A DNA stretch of 64,000 nt from Lytechinus pictus (lineage: Eukaryota), in the NCBI RefSeq assembly GCF_037042905.1, contig NC_087250.1, positions 1,984,001 to 2,048,000 on the forward strand, in the 5' to 3' direction. The notes beneath the pieces are model-generated. The model did not search any database. It had not been told where the DNA came from and saw only the letters and a list, made by a program, of their open reading frames with translations. Made by a program: the position numbers and the translations under genes. Of the stretch, positions 14,401 to 29,400 are shown in pieces (the stretch's first letter is position 1; each line of letters opens with the position of its first letter).

Positions 14401-17400
14401 TCAGCAAGCAGAGCTACCTTTTTCCATTGTATGGGTATAGCCCATGAAAAATTAATTGACATGAAAAGTAAAAATAGATTTGTTGCCAATTTGAAGAATA
14501 AAAGGAGATCAAATGCTTAAAACAATTCCTTGTTACCGTATATATAGACTTACATGTCATGGTAGTATGATCATAGGTAGGTCCTGTGTTATCTGAAGGT
14601 GTCCTCCATTGGTTTCTCGTCCAATCGAAATCATCATCATCGGCTTGCTCATAGCCGCACATGTCATCTTCAAAATCACAATTAGCAACACTACTCTCTG
14701 CAAATCATATCGATAAATATTGTAATTGTATGTTATCTAATGGAAATGTGTTTGACAGGAAAGAAACTGGTGATTTTATATGAAAATCTATTTTTATCAG
14801 ATGCCTGATGAAAATAAAATATCTGAATGCTTTTTTTTTTTTATTTGATGTAAAAATTATTTCAAAAGCATGGCCTGGCCTGAATATTTCAGGATAAAAA
14901 TGTTCTCCAATCCCTAAATTTGAAAGATAAATGCTCTAAAGCTCCTCATACACCCCCTTCAAACTTTGATTGTCAAGGTAGAATAAATAAATAACTACAT
15001 TAGAAAACAATGAACAGATGAAAAGAGTGTACAAAATAATCAATTTATAAATAAATGAATGAATGAATAAATAAAGACATGAAAAATAGAATAATGGATA
15101 AAGAAACAGATAATTATAAATGAATACATAACAAATATCACACGAGGAAAGAGGAATATCTCACCATTACAGAGTCCCCCCTCAGCAAGCATGGTATCAT
15201 CAAGAGCTATACTGCCATCATCATCATCATCATACAGAGCTTCTATGATGATTCTATATACATCAGGATTTGAGAGTGAGACCAGGCCTTGGACCCAACG
15301 ATCACCTAGGTTCACAGACCGGGTCCAAGTGAGGTCCTTCACATAGTTAGACTGGTCCTCGGTGTAAAGATTCAAAGTCTTATTACCTGAAAAAAATTAT
15401 TGGGTGACATATAAGAAAGTTATAAAAACTGAAATAATATTTGGCATTATAAAGAAAGTCACGATAGAAAGTAAAGTTGTTTGCAAACATATTGATCAAT
15501 ATCCAAATCTTATGACAGGCCTAAAACAGATTTATTTTCTGACTAATACAATACGTCAAACCCTCGATTGGAAGACGATCTCGGCTCAGTACCTGAACTG
15601 CAAGCATTTAGATTTAAGCGGATTTGGCACCTAAAGAAATCACATTCATTATTATCATTAATATCATTACTATTATTATTATCCAAATACCCCATTTGAA
15701 GATCCAAGATATTCCATTTCCAAGCACTATCAACCCTGCATAATGGCCCGAAAATTTACAAAAGTAGTTCTGAATTTGAGTTTATACAGAATTAATGAAA
15801 TAACTACATATGTACTTAACCTGAAGGGTAACTTTAATAGAAAGAATAAATAAAATAAATTTTTTTCATCATGCTAACTAAGGTAATAGGGCAAAATTAG
15901 CATTAAGTATTTAAATCAAATTACATTAAAGCTTTGCTAATGAATGCTTAGATCATAGTAAATGACATTAATCTAGTGTCTGAGGACAAAACCATGCATT
16001 CTTTACTGGAGTCTCTCCCAATATGCATGCCACATGAAGCATAACTAAAGCATAAAATCTACACAAATCATTGTTTCAAAGAAATTTAAAACCACTACGA
16101 TGATTTGGGCAAATAATGAAGATTTATCAATAGCACCAGTTTTTATCACTGGACTATGAGGAAACAAGTAAAAGTTAGATCTATCCATTGATGCGAGCCA
16201 TGATGGAATTTTATACATCTTTTTGTAAGTTAAGCAATACTTCACTACAAATAAAGGCCAGTCCTTGGATGCTAAATCCAGGAATTAAAAAAACGAATTA
16301 CGCAATGAAAAGTATAATTTTTTTCCGGTATTACTTTTACATGTATCTCTTTCTACTCACATTCTACATGTATGTGTTTGCTACGATTGACAATAACAGA
16401 AAACTGTGGAACTGTCTTCTAAAGAAGTTCTATACCTCCAGAGAATTTAAAAATCATGTAAATCATCTTTGGCATTAGCAACACTACTAACAATAAATGC
16501 ATGAAATACCTTTTGGAACAGTTATTCAAAAGGTAGCAAATATCAGATGTCTGAGCACATCCCATCCAATCTAATTGTCAATCGATATAGTACCTTGTTC
16601 TTTCCGGTAACAGAAACTAATCGACAAGAAAAGTGATGTATATATTAAGAAGATAGGGATGTGGATCTTTGTTATATCATGAAGTACAGTTCCTAATATT
16701 GGTTACCTGCTGATATTAGGAACTGTACAACTCTTTACCGGTTTAAAGTACAATGTAAAAGATATCTCTTTGATAATCTGGGTAAAATATAGTATAGAAA
16801 GTGTAATTGTTCTATAAAACTATGAGTTATCACTTAGCTAGCCAGCCTAGTCGTGTATGTGCGTGTGAGAATGTGTAAGTGTTGCATATTTGTTTTTGCT
16901 TATCTCTGTTTTTTTTCCATACATATCTGTATTTTATTCTTCTTATGTACAGCATGTTCCTTCATTGTTTACATCTCATTTATTGTAGGGCCCCACTCAC
17001 AAGCTCTGCTTTTTAGGGGTCCTCAAAAACCTCTCATATCTTTTTGTATTATCTGTTATTGATTTGTACTTATATATCTGGGTTTTTTTTAATAACTTTT
17101 AACCTGAACTTGAACTTGATAAAGCAAGTTAATCTCAAATCATGACTGGTGAATAGAACTAGTCAATAGTATCAGTCATTAGTCAAATTAATTACCCTGT
17201 TTGAATAAATGACTGGTCATGTGATACTTTGCAACCAATCATAAGTTATTAAAGGAGAATGAAACTCTTGGAGCAAGTTAGCTTTTGTGAAAGAAGAAAA
17301 ATCAAAGAATAAGATCAACAAAAGTTTGAGTAAAATAGGACTAGCAATAGAAGAGTTATGAGCATTTGAATGTCGAGATCACTAATGCTATGGAGATCCT

Positions 17401-20400
17401 CCCATTGGCAATGCGACCAAGATCTATGTCACAGATGAACAACTCTCCCCTTTTGGACACTGAAAATATACCCCAAAACATCTCTTTTTGCTCATTCTAA
17501 TCATATGACAAACGATTCATCAATGATATAATGTTGTGAAACCTCTGTACTTGTCCTCTCATAAAGAGAACACCTCACCTTGTGATAGACTCTATAAAAG
17601 TGAGAATATAAGTGAAATTAGTACTAAAGTAATGAGGGAGTTGTACGTGTGTGACATCACAGATCTTGGTTGCATTGCCAATGGGAGGATCTACATGGCA
17701 TTAGTGATCTCAATATTCAAATGCTCATAACTTTCTTATTATTCATTCAATCTTCCTCAAACTTTCAACAATATGTTTCTTTGATTTTTCTCTTTGTTAT
17801 GGATTCAGCTGGTTTCAAGGGTTTCATTCTCCTTTAAAGGAATTTGAACCTACCCGGACCATTCATATGAATCCAGAATGAGAAGCAAGAATCCCCAGCT
17901 TGATAAACCTCACTCAATAGCCATGCCTTCTCACCAGCCGCAAAAACAACTGAGTCAGTGTACAAGAAGGAACCTGTAAACGCGATCAAAACAATCTTAA
18001 TACCCAATTCAATCTATTAAGTGAAGAATTATAAAAATACAAAATAACATATATGTAGTAACACATATAAAGTACAATAAGATATTGGTTTGGCTCCTAA
18101 AGAAGCAGGGATCTGCTGATAAGCAGGCCTTTGGAACAAGAAAACATACAAACAAAAATGTAAAAGCATGAGATAAATATACACATACACATGCATGCTA
18201 AGCCCAAAGGGCGTAAATAGAGAACTTAATAGCAAAGAATGATAACATTCCCAAGAAAATGCCCCTATGCCCCAATTATATGAGAAGTGCACCCTCTTCT
18301 TTGGGCAAAAATGTTTTTTTCAATCAGGTGAATTGTATATTAAATATCTCCTATATGAAATTCTGGATCCACCTAAGAGAGCACGAGATCTGTAACTTAC
18401 CCAACATTGCCCCTAAGGTGTGGTCCTTGACTGGACCTGTTCCACCACCGGTAGAAGCCCCATTGAGTCTCACCCAATCCTCATCGTCACCAGATACATC
18501 ATTCATCCAACTACAGTAATCCTTCTCAAAGTCACAGGAACCTACAACAAAACATAACTAGACTGTTAACCCATTTACTGCTTAAAGGACAAGTCCACCC
18601 CAACAGAAAGTTGATTTGAATAAAGAGAGAAAAATCCAAAAAGCATAACACTAAAAATTTCATCAAAATCGGATGTACAGTAAAATAAGAAAGTTACGAC
18701 ATTTTAAAGTTTTGCTTAATTTCACAAAACAGTTATATGCACATCCTGGTGGATATGCAAATGAGGAGACTGATGACGTCATCCACTCACTATTTCTTTT
18801 GTAGTTTATTATATGAAATAGGAAATATTCTATTTTTCTCAACATTATCAGGGAAACAACGATTAATTCCTCCCTGAACATGTGGAATGAGCATTGTTTA
18901 ATACTATATGATTCCGTCAAGTTGGTCTATATAAAAATGAAATATCGTACAAAAGAAATAGTGAGTGAGGGACATCATCATCTTCTCATTTGAATTGTTT
19001 AAACCTGATTAAAATCACTGTTTTGTGAAAAATAAGCAAAACTTTAAAATGTCATAAATTTCTTATTCTTCATCGGATTTTGATGAAATTTTTAGCGTTT
19101 TGCTAGTTTGATTTTTCTCTATTTATTCCAATCAACATTTTTCTGGGGTGGACTTGACCTTTAATTAATGCAACCCCCATAGGTTTCAAACAGTGATAAC
19201 CTGGTTCCAGCATAACATTTTATCTCAAAGCACAGTAATTCTTCTCAAAGCTACATGAACCTACAACAAAACATACACATTGTATAAGATCTCTAAGCTG
19301 TTAACCCTTTGATTACTTAATTCTACAACCGCCATAGGTTTTGTACAGGGATTACCTGGTTCCAGTACGCAATGGGGTAAAACCTTTTATTCAAAATGTA
19401 ACATTTTTAAGGACAGTGTAAGCTTGAGATGAGAATCCCGATGTAAGTGGTAACCTTCTTTTGCCTAGAAGGAATTCTTGACAGGACTTTGGAGACTGTT
19501 TTTAGACAATATGATGCTACCACTTTTGGCATAATTTCTAAAATACACCTTTTCTGAGCTGCCCTCAAAATGTTTAATTTTGACAGGGTTTCTTTTAAAG
19601 GAGTTAAACAGATGTTCAATTCCTTTACTCTCAGGGTTACAGCTGCGGTATGTCCTTTGAAAAGACAATTTACCCCCGGGGGGGCACTCACATATATTGG
19701 TGGTACGGGGACGTGCTGCTTTGATGAACCCCTTTTTCAGACTCCATTTTCAGTTCCCTAGATACTCCGAATGACAAAAGTTACGTTCAGAAGCTGCGTA
19801 CCCCGTTCTCAAGACCCTTGTTACAAAACATTTCAGTTCCCAAGCCGTCTAAATTGTCCGGCGCGAGCATCGCAAAGCTGGCAGCAGACGCACGGCTTCA
19901 TAATTATTTCCTCCATACCACGGTGCAATGCACACTAGCGCCCACATGCACAGCGCTACTGCGCACCACAGTAAGTTCCGGATCCCACTCCGTATAGACC
20001 TGTTTTTTATACCGTTTTGTATATTTTCATTTTCCAAGGCCCCATATAATTACCCTGGTTGTCAGTTCCTCAGACCCCCATTTCAGGGTTTCATGAAGCA
20101 CACCCCCATCAAAATATAATTTGAGTGCCCCCCCCCTTTTACCCTCTTCACCTAGGTAATAAATAGGTACCTGGTGGGAGCAAAAGAGTCATCAGATTCT
20201 TGGAAAAAAAGAGAATGGCCTGAATGGTCCTCTCACAGACAGAAAAGTAAACCATACCTTTACCTGTGGAACACTGAATATTCTATTAGTTTACATAAAT
20301 GAAACACATAAAATGCAACACTAAAGAGTAATCATAAATGATATGTTTTGAACAATACTTTTATCATTCCTGCAGAAAGTACAGCTTACCCCTGGGTGCA

Positions 20401-23400
20401 CAAGGCTGCTCTTCAACTTTGAAATCATCAATAGCCAGCTCAGAATTAGGGTCATTCCCAACATCACCTACCACAGCAATCTGAGAATAAAGGATGACAT
20501 CACAAAATGAGTAATAAAGACATTTCTGCTTTGAACCTATGAATGGATCCAGTATTGAATGATTAGTGGTATTTGATGGTTATCAGCGTAATATACAAAG
20601 TGCATCATTGTTGAGTACTGCAGGGATTCTAATGAAATAATTGTAAGGCACTATACAAATAAGATTGATTATTGAATAAAGAGATTTTCACAAATCAATT
20701 AAGAGCCAGCTATGATATAGCTTGAAAGAAAACATGTTAGATGGGTAGCAAAAGTGGAATGATACCTGAAATTGAGACTTTGATTTGAGAGTGACTGATG
20801 CTTTCCACCAGTTGTCCCCTTCATTCACACCGGTTGAACTCCAATAAGGACCTTCAAGGTTTCCATCTATCCTTTCATACACACGGAGTCTACCCACATC
20901 GCTCTCTCCGTGGATGTGATACCAGAAAGAAAAACAATCTCCTGTAGCCGTAGCAGAGTATGTGGGACTGAGCAAGGTTGCAAAGTCTCCCGGAACCCGT
21001 GGAATCCCTTGGTTGGCATATATCAGGTATCCTGACACAGGAAACAGAGGATTTATACTGTTTATGTAGAGGTATGACAACTTTTTAAAGATTTAGATAT
21101 CAAATTGGGGTGGGGGTTGCAAGACAGTTATTTGATTTCAATTTCAAATGAATTGTAACCGATAGATGAAGTAGGACTATATTACAAAATAATTTCATAC
21201 CCTAATGTAGAGAACATACAGATGTGTGATTATTTGTTACATGGAAAGAAAGACCTATGGGTTATACATGTGATTTCATAATTATTTTCCACTTTGCAGC
21301 ATCCAAGTGAGTCTCCTTATGAAATTAATAGTAACTATTCTTTATATGTTTAAAAATTATGCTCAATGAAATAATAATGATGATCAATACTTTTCATCCA
21401 AAAATTTTTTGGTGGTTTGCAATTATGCAATATAGGACCACCAATGTGGTTTTTATATTCAACACAAGAGGATAGAGCAAAGATCTAGTGCTACGGTGCT
21501 AAATCATGTATTATTTACACCTCAGGATAAATACATTATTTTTCGTTGTATATGATGTATATATGTATAATAATACAACTAATTGGAAATTTATGGAAAA
21601 TCTATTTATGTATTACCGATTTGTACGATACTACTGTAAATATATATTTTTACATGTATGTTATCATTGTATATATTGTTAATGTCAAGTGAATGAAATT
21701 TGTTAAAAAATTCAAATTCAATTCACAGATGCTGTCAAGCAATGGTCTTCTAGAGCATGACTATGCTCAAATATAGGCCTACTCTCGTGCAGTACACAAA
21801 AACTATTTCTTTTCCATAGGAATCCAACAGGAGGTTTCCATTGCTAATTTTCCATTTCATACTAGGTAAGACAGAGGGGATGCAGAAAAGTGACAAAATG
21901 TTTTTTATAATGGGATTCCTGTAACAACTCTTCACTGCGTCTTTCACACAGCCAAATTGTGTTGTCAATTATGATCTGCTAGTATTCAGTGATGAAAAAA
22001 TGCATGGAGGTTTCCTGGGGAAAATTGTCACCCTGTCTTTTTTGTAAGATGCTGTAGGCAGCTTGTAAACTTTCCACTGGGATCACACAAGTGATATTCC
22101 ATTTACCAATCCTCACATTTCGTCACAGACAAAATTATAGAGAATCTGGGAAAGCCGCTATGAAAAGATGTACAGAGCCTTTGTAGTAAGATTCTTGATA
22201 AAAGACATAGCACAAACTTGGACAAATGACATCATTTAGACCACAGTAAAATGAGAGATGAGAAATGGTGGCAGCGGTGGGATTATTAGAGCAGTAAAGC
22301 ATTAGTGAGGTCACTTACCAGATGGAACACCATTGGTATGGTCCCCAAGATCTAGTCGTAAGGAAGAGGCTGTGTTTCTAGACCAGTCAAACATATCATA
22401 TAAGATCTCATTCGTCCAACCACACATTAAGTTTGACTCGAATCCACAAGTTTCTAGCAGAGTGAGAGACAATAAGTGTTTATTTTCATTACAGTTCTAC
22501 TTTAATCAATTCTGAGAATTGGTAGCATGCACTTGGCTTATTTGCTAATGTCAATCAATGCGACTCTGATATACTGCCAACAATAGCTTTGTCATTTAAC
22601 AAGAATTCTCCCTCAGTGTATTTACTTTCATCATGATCAAATGATGGATGGTTATGAAGGAGAAATACCAAACATGAAGCTTGCTAAAAAGGCCTAACAA
22701 TAAGTGGCTTTGACTCTTGGTCAGAGACATAAGGGGGTTATTAATTCACAAAAAATCGAAAACGACTTGTATCGTACCTTAACCTTTCAGCGAAAAACTT
22801 GTCTGCATGTGATCCTAAATTAATTCATGAAAAATACTTACTAATAGGTGGGCATGATCCGTTATGATATTTAATCTCATCGATAGCAATATCACTGTAT
22901 ATAGAACCACCTCGTACTGCTTCAAAAATAAGCTGTAAAAGGAAATGAGAACAAGAAGAAACTATAATTTTTGACAATTTGGTTTATATGAATTTGAAAA
23001 ATTTCGCCTAAAAAAAAGAAATCATGTCATATTGGATAGCATAGTGTGCCCTGGGCTTGAATCCTCAAAACCTACATGTATTCTTTCAGGTGATCATTTC
23101 TGTCAGAGTCACCCAAATCCTGCACAATAACAATTCTTCTAATATTATTTGTCTACCCTATGGTTTGGTGTTGACCAAACAATAAAATATGGAGTAAAAT
23201 GCATAATCTAATACTTAACAAACCGTATCAACCTTTTAAATTATGTAAAGACGGAGTAAAAAATCGGTAAAAAAAGAGAAAAAATTGCATCAATATATTA
23301 AATAAAAGTCAAAAAGCCGAAAGCAAGCATCCTTTAATTCGTAGACCTTTATAAAATGGACAGAGTGTTAACAATGAAGGAGATGGTTACACTTATCATG

Positions 23401-26400
23401 ATGGAGATTATAATATCAGTGATAGCTGATGAATTTGAATAAATATTGAAGAGGGATTATAATATCAGTGGTAGCTGATGAATTTGAAGAAATACTGAAG
23501 AGAGATTATAATATCAGTGATAGCTGATGAATTTGAAGAAATACTGAAGAGAGATTATAATATCAGTGGTAGCTGATGAATTTGAAGAAATACTGAAGAG
23601 GGTAACATGATAATGGTAAATGAATCATTTTCTCTGCCATTAGAATAATTACACACACTTGTTACCTTTTTAACAGTTCAAATGCCTTTGGCTACAGCTT
23701 AGGCATTTCAGAATAGTCCCAAGTGCAGTGACACAACCTTTGCTCTATGGTTTTTATTTTGTTTAAGATGTAGGGTTAGGATTATAGGGTTGCAAAAGGG
23801 TTTTATGTCAGGTATAAACCTATTGAGGCACGGAGGCCCCCCTCAACATTTTGTGCAATATTTTTGATGCGCAAATTGTTTTTATCATGCCAGTCGCAGA
23901 CTTTTCATTTTAACATCTTGCGCATCTTTTGAGACCAAATTCATGATGCCCGGTTACACGGTTCCAAATTACGCAACATTTTGTAAGTGCAGGTCAGACA
24001 TGAAATTACTAAAAAACATGATCTTGTGTCAAAGTCAAATTAAATTGTGCTTTCAACCAAAACTCATAAAAGTATGATTATGTTTAGTATTACTGGTCTA
24101 AATTAATTTATTTTTTGCATTGGTTTATGATCTTAAAAGAGTACCCAACAAGGTTAATTGAAAAAAAAACAATGAAAAACAAAAGGCCCAAAAAACAAGG
24201 AAATATATATAAGAAATTGCCAAAAAAAGAAAAGAAATTGATCTCACATCGCAATTTTGTTCATGTACACCAAAGATTAGGACATTTGGAGCTTTATTCA
24301 GGAAATTAGATTTGATGAACACATTTTGAAAGCCGAGATCTCAAGGGGTGCCTTGCAGGCTCCCCGGCAATGATCCCCCAAAATAAAATAAAATCCCCCT
24401 GGCCTACATAAGGTTAAGGTTAGGTTTAGGGTAGGGTTTAGTGTTAAATCCAGAGTGAAGTTAGTTATTTCATTAGTGTGTGTAATTTATAGCCGAGCAA
24501 TTGCAAATATCATGGAACCCAAAGTGCACTTCATCCTTGACATTCTTACAAATGCTCTCAATGATGTACTATTTATATACTCACCCTATAGAAACCAACT
24601 CCTGGTTCTATACCAATGTTGACCTGAGCAACATACCAGTTATTACCCTGATCAGATCCACCTCTTTTCAAAATCATTTCTGTCTCATTCAAGTCGGTCC
24701 TCTCTATGTACACATATAAATTTCCCATGTCTGCACCAAACATGTGATAGTAGAATTCAAGACAGGTTTCCGTGTAGTCAGCAGACTCGTGTTCCAGAGG
24801 AGATAAGAGACGAGCCTTGGAGCCTGGAAGCACCATATCAGCTTCAGCATACACGTACCACCCTACAAAAAATTAAATAAATCATGACCATATTGATAAT
24901 GATAATGCAAACCATGTTTTATCAGTTTATTTCCAGTTCGCCTAATGCCAATTTGTCCCATTGCCAACTCCTCTACTCCCATTTGGTCTACCATCAGTTT
25001 GTCCACTATCCACATGGTCTAATTACAAATTTGTCTACTCACTATTTTGTCTAACCAGTTGGTCCAATATTCATTTAGTCAATACACCATTTGGTCTAAT
25101 TGGACTAAGTGAAAAATGAATGAAATATATATCAGACCAACTGGTCATGAGACAAAATGGTCATAGATGAAATGGTGACTAGACAAAGCAATGATTGGAC
25201 CAAATGGTTTTGGATTAAATGGACAAATATTAGACGAAATGTTGATGGACAGAATGGCATTAGACTAAATATATAATGTTTTCTTGCACTAGAGTGAAGA
25301 CAACCTATGACTTTGTTGGTTTCAGGCTAGAAAAATTAATAACAGAGGAACCACATCAGCTTCATTATCAAGGTAACATAATAAAGAAATCAAATCAATC
25401 AGGAAGATAGTGTTCATACAAACAAAAATTATGAGATACAAAAAAACCTTTAAAATGTGTATAAGGTTTGTAAATAAATTGTGAAGAGGGAGTCCTACTC
25501 GCTCAACTCCCCCGGAACAGTAAGTCATTGATCATCAGGTAGACTGTCATTAGTCGTAATGATATCGCGCTAGTTTGCAGTAGATATTCTCACAACATGA
25601 TGATCTTGAGCTTGGCATAATATCTACATCAAAAACCTTCATGTCCAAGTTTGATTTACATAGCCAAACATAACCATAACCCTGGTCCATTTGCAATAAG
25701 AAAGTCCTCGCTCCCAAACTGAACCCTGAAATGGTAAATGGTGGTAATTTTTTCCTAATTGCTTAGAAAGCATGAATGCTTGTAAGCAAGCAACCAGAGG
25801 ATCAACAGCTTAAGGTCCTCTCCAAGGACCTGTTAGTGAGGACTTATGCCTTACCAAATGGTACTACCGCACCAAGTGGGAATCAAGCCAGTGTCACCGC
25901 AGTCCAGGACCCCCGCTCTACTGACTGAGCTATTGCACGTTTTCTTACCTTGTGAAGAGAGAATCCCACTCGCTCTACTCCCCAGGACAGTAAGTCATTG
26001 ATCATCAGGTAGACTGTCATTAGTTGTAATGATATCGCGCTAGTTTGCAGTAGATATTCTCACAAAATGGCAATCTTGAGCTTGGCCCAAGATTTACACA
26101 AAAAACTTTCACGATCTAGTTTGCTGTCTACATAGCCAAACGTAAACATAAACCTATATATAGTTCATGTGCAATAAGAAAGTCCCTAATCCAGTCCCTA
26201 ATTCAGTCCCTACACAGCAAAAACTGTGGTGTTAACCAGTGTACATAGAGGACCACACCGGTTATTTTACACCGGTGTTAAATTTGTGGTGTTAGTTTTA
26301 CACCTATAAGTGTTATTACAACACCTATGGTTGTTACATTTACACTCTTTGGTATTATGTTCAATCTCTAGGGTGTTATTTTAACACCTCAGGGTGTGGT

Positions 26401-29400
26401 CCTCTATTAACAACAATTGGTGTCAGTTTTAACACCACAGTTTTTACAGTGTAATTCCCTAACTGAATCCTTGTTTCTGACCTGTTTCTGAGTTTGGATC
26501 TGAACTTGGACCAGTTCCATTTGTTCCAGTCGCTTTAGTCCACAATGTCCACTGGTAATCATCAGTAAGATCTTGATTCCAGTAACAAAATGTCTTCTCA
26601 AAATTACAGTCAAGTAGGCTATTAGTAGATCCTGGCAAGGCACTTGCAGGGTTCACTAAAGGGGGAAAAATATGAGTTCAGGTTAACTGCAAGTGGAAAG
26701 TTCTTTTAACAGAAGACAATATTGTCTTTGCCACTTACATGTAATTGTCAAAACCTAATCAAGTTTCAAATTTGAAATTGCTTGGTCTTAATGCTTTCAT
26801 TTTCAAACATTCATAAGTAACTTGTTCATTGTCTGATTTCCTTCAAGCCTTCATGATTTCGTTGGTGTTATTTCCTACTTCCACAATTTTAGTTATTAGC
26901 AAGGTTGGATTCCCCTTTCTGCTGATAATCAAAATTGTTTAAAAAGGCAGGATGGGCACAAAAAAAATAAAACAAAATGTATTTTTAATTCTTATATCAA
27001 TTCAAAATATTTCTGTTTTTGTAATAACATTGGTACTTTATTATATTATGCCCTTCACCCTGTGATCTGTTAAGGGTAGTACATGTATGTACACATATGC
27101 AGCAATAACATTGAAGTTCAGGCATTTTGTCAATTAAATTTTATCCACCAGATTCAGTTTCTCTGATTTCTTTAACATAAAGCTAATCAGAGAACAATTT
27201 TCGATAGCTGATTACATTGACCACAATGAACAATCCAACATTAAAATCAATTCGATCATGAAAGTTCATTTGTGTTGGTTGAAAATAAGGAAAAGTTGAA
27301 CTTTTGTTCTCAACACATAGAGAAAAATTTGATGCCGTCATCACTGAGGAAGATTGCAGTTAGCAGCCAAAATTTGTTGAGGTAATCCTTTAGATTTTTA
27401 TTTGTGTGTTGAGAACAGAAGTTCAACTTTTCCGTATTTATATATCAATCATATAAACAATCACCAAAATTTGTGTTACAGAACCCTGTAAATAATATAA
27501 TTAGTGGGCACATCATGGTCTGACTTTCGCCTCTCAAACAGAGGGTCGTGGTTTCAAATCCTAGCCATGGCGTGTTTTCCTTTAGCAAGAAATTTATCCG
27601 CTCTATGCTGCACTTGACTCTGGTGAGGTGAATGGGTACCCTGCAGGAATTTCTCCTTGAATGCATGAAAGCTGAAAGGCAGCTTGAGCTAAAGCCGGGG
27701 TAATAATAATAACAATGCGCCTCAGAATATATTGTTTCTAGATAGATTACCCTATACAAATGCCTATATGAATGCATGCAAAGGGGCTTTGTACATGGAT
27801 GTTTGACATGTACATCCCAAATTCAGGCCAAATCATCTCAGATCACACACACTACAGTAATGCATATTCTGTGATGTCACTATCATGATATCCAGCAAAC
27901 TAGCCCTTTTTAAATGAAGAAGGCATATAATTACCATCCAATCCAATCCAATGGTCATTTTGATACAGCACAATTTCCTTTCAGTTACAAAGCCCAGTGC
28001 ACACACTACTCAGAATGGTCAGCTTAGTCCATGCAATTCATTGTCCTTTTCAGCAAAGTAGAAGTGATTTAATGGCTTTCTTGAATGATTCAACAGAGGA
28101 AGCTGTCATCACAGTAGCAATGACGTGATTCCATAGCTTTGCAGCAACCACAGGGAAGGATTTTTCACCTTCTTGTCTCTTAGAAAAGCGCTGAATAATA
28201 ATAATAATATAGAGTATTTCTACAGCGCCAAATCCACATTGATTATGTGCTCAAGGCGCCAAAATATACTTGGTATACTATTATTACCCCGGCTATAGCT
28301 GAGCGGCCATATAGGCACTAAAGCATTCAAGGAATAAATCCTACCGGGTACCCATTCACCTCACCTGGGTCGAGTGCAGCACAATGTGGATAAATTTCTT
28401 GCCGAAGGAAATTACGCCATGGCTGGGATTCGAACCCACGACCCTCTGTTTCAAAGTCCGAAGACTAATCCACTGTGCCACAACGCTCCAGATTGATGAA
28501 GATAATGCAATTATTACCTTTACAAAGAAGCAAATATGTTTGAATGTTTGAAACAAACATGACTGAGTTTGAACTTACAGTTACAATTTCCGTTTAAGAT
28601 GTTGAGGTCATCTACAGCAATATTGGAATATGAAGTTGAACCAAGAACTGCTACAAGGAATAACTAAAATGATAAACACAAAAAATATTAAATCACTTTT
28701 AGTGAAAAATATTTAAATAAATGTGTTGACTGTGCAATAAATCTGATGGTAAATTTCTCAGGAGGTTAGTACATTGATTTTAAATTTTATTGGTGTGTTG
28801 GTTGAGTTGGTAGACCATCTATTCTGTTCTACATTTATGTACCAACTCAAATACACTAACCAAACTACGACTACAACTGCATACGTGCGGGCTGAGTTAT
28901 ATTTATAAAAAAAAAGGTGTAACAACAATTATCAGCTAGTCTCCAATGGGCTAAAAATATAAATGCTTTATAAATAATATATTAATTGATAGAGCCTAGA
29001 AACTATTCCATAAAGTATATATTCTACTGCGCTTTATAGGACTCATAAAATACTTATTAATTAAATAGATGTGTTTTGAGCTTTGATTTAAAGTTGTTTA
29101 CGGATGGTGATTTCCTAACTTCCGGGGGTAAGCTATTCCAGAGCTCGGGGGCTACACAAGCAAAGCTTGATCACCTAGCGTTACTTTTGTTTTGAAGGAT
29201 GGAATCTGTAAAAGCAGAGGATCAGTTGAACTGCCCAAATTGTAACCATGATTACTGGTTTTATACCTCAATAATTCTGTAATTATCTCATCCTTCCCCT
29301 TCATCATACAATGACTTTACTTAATTGACTCCCTTGGGAGGCCTTTCTCTAATTTTCGCTGTATGGTTTGGGATCAAACTAACGTGATCAATCTAATTGA

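Noticed and set aside
21750-22260. Possible coding or transposon relic
   Set aside because: Looks more complex than the surrounding intron, but I could not identify any motif in any frame.
27445-27485. Possible alternative terminal exon ([12 protein letters not shown]) after tttacag
   Set aside because: Very short, lies between a SINE and a hairpin repeat, no MAM similarity; unsupported without RNA data.
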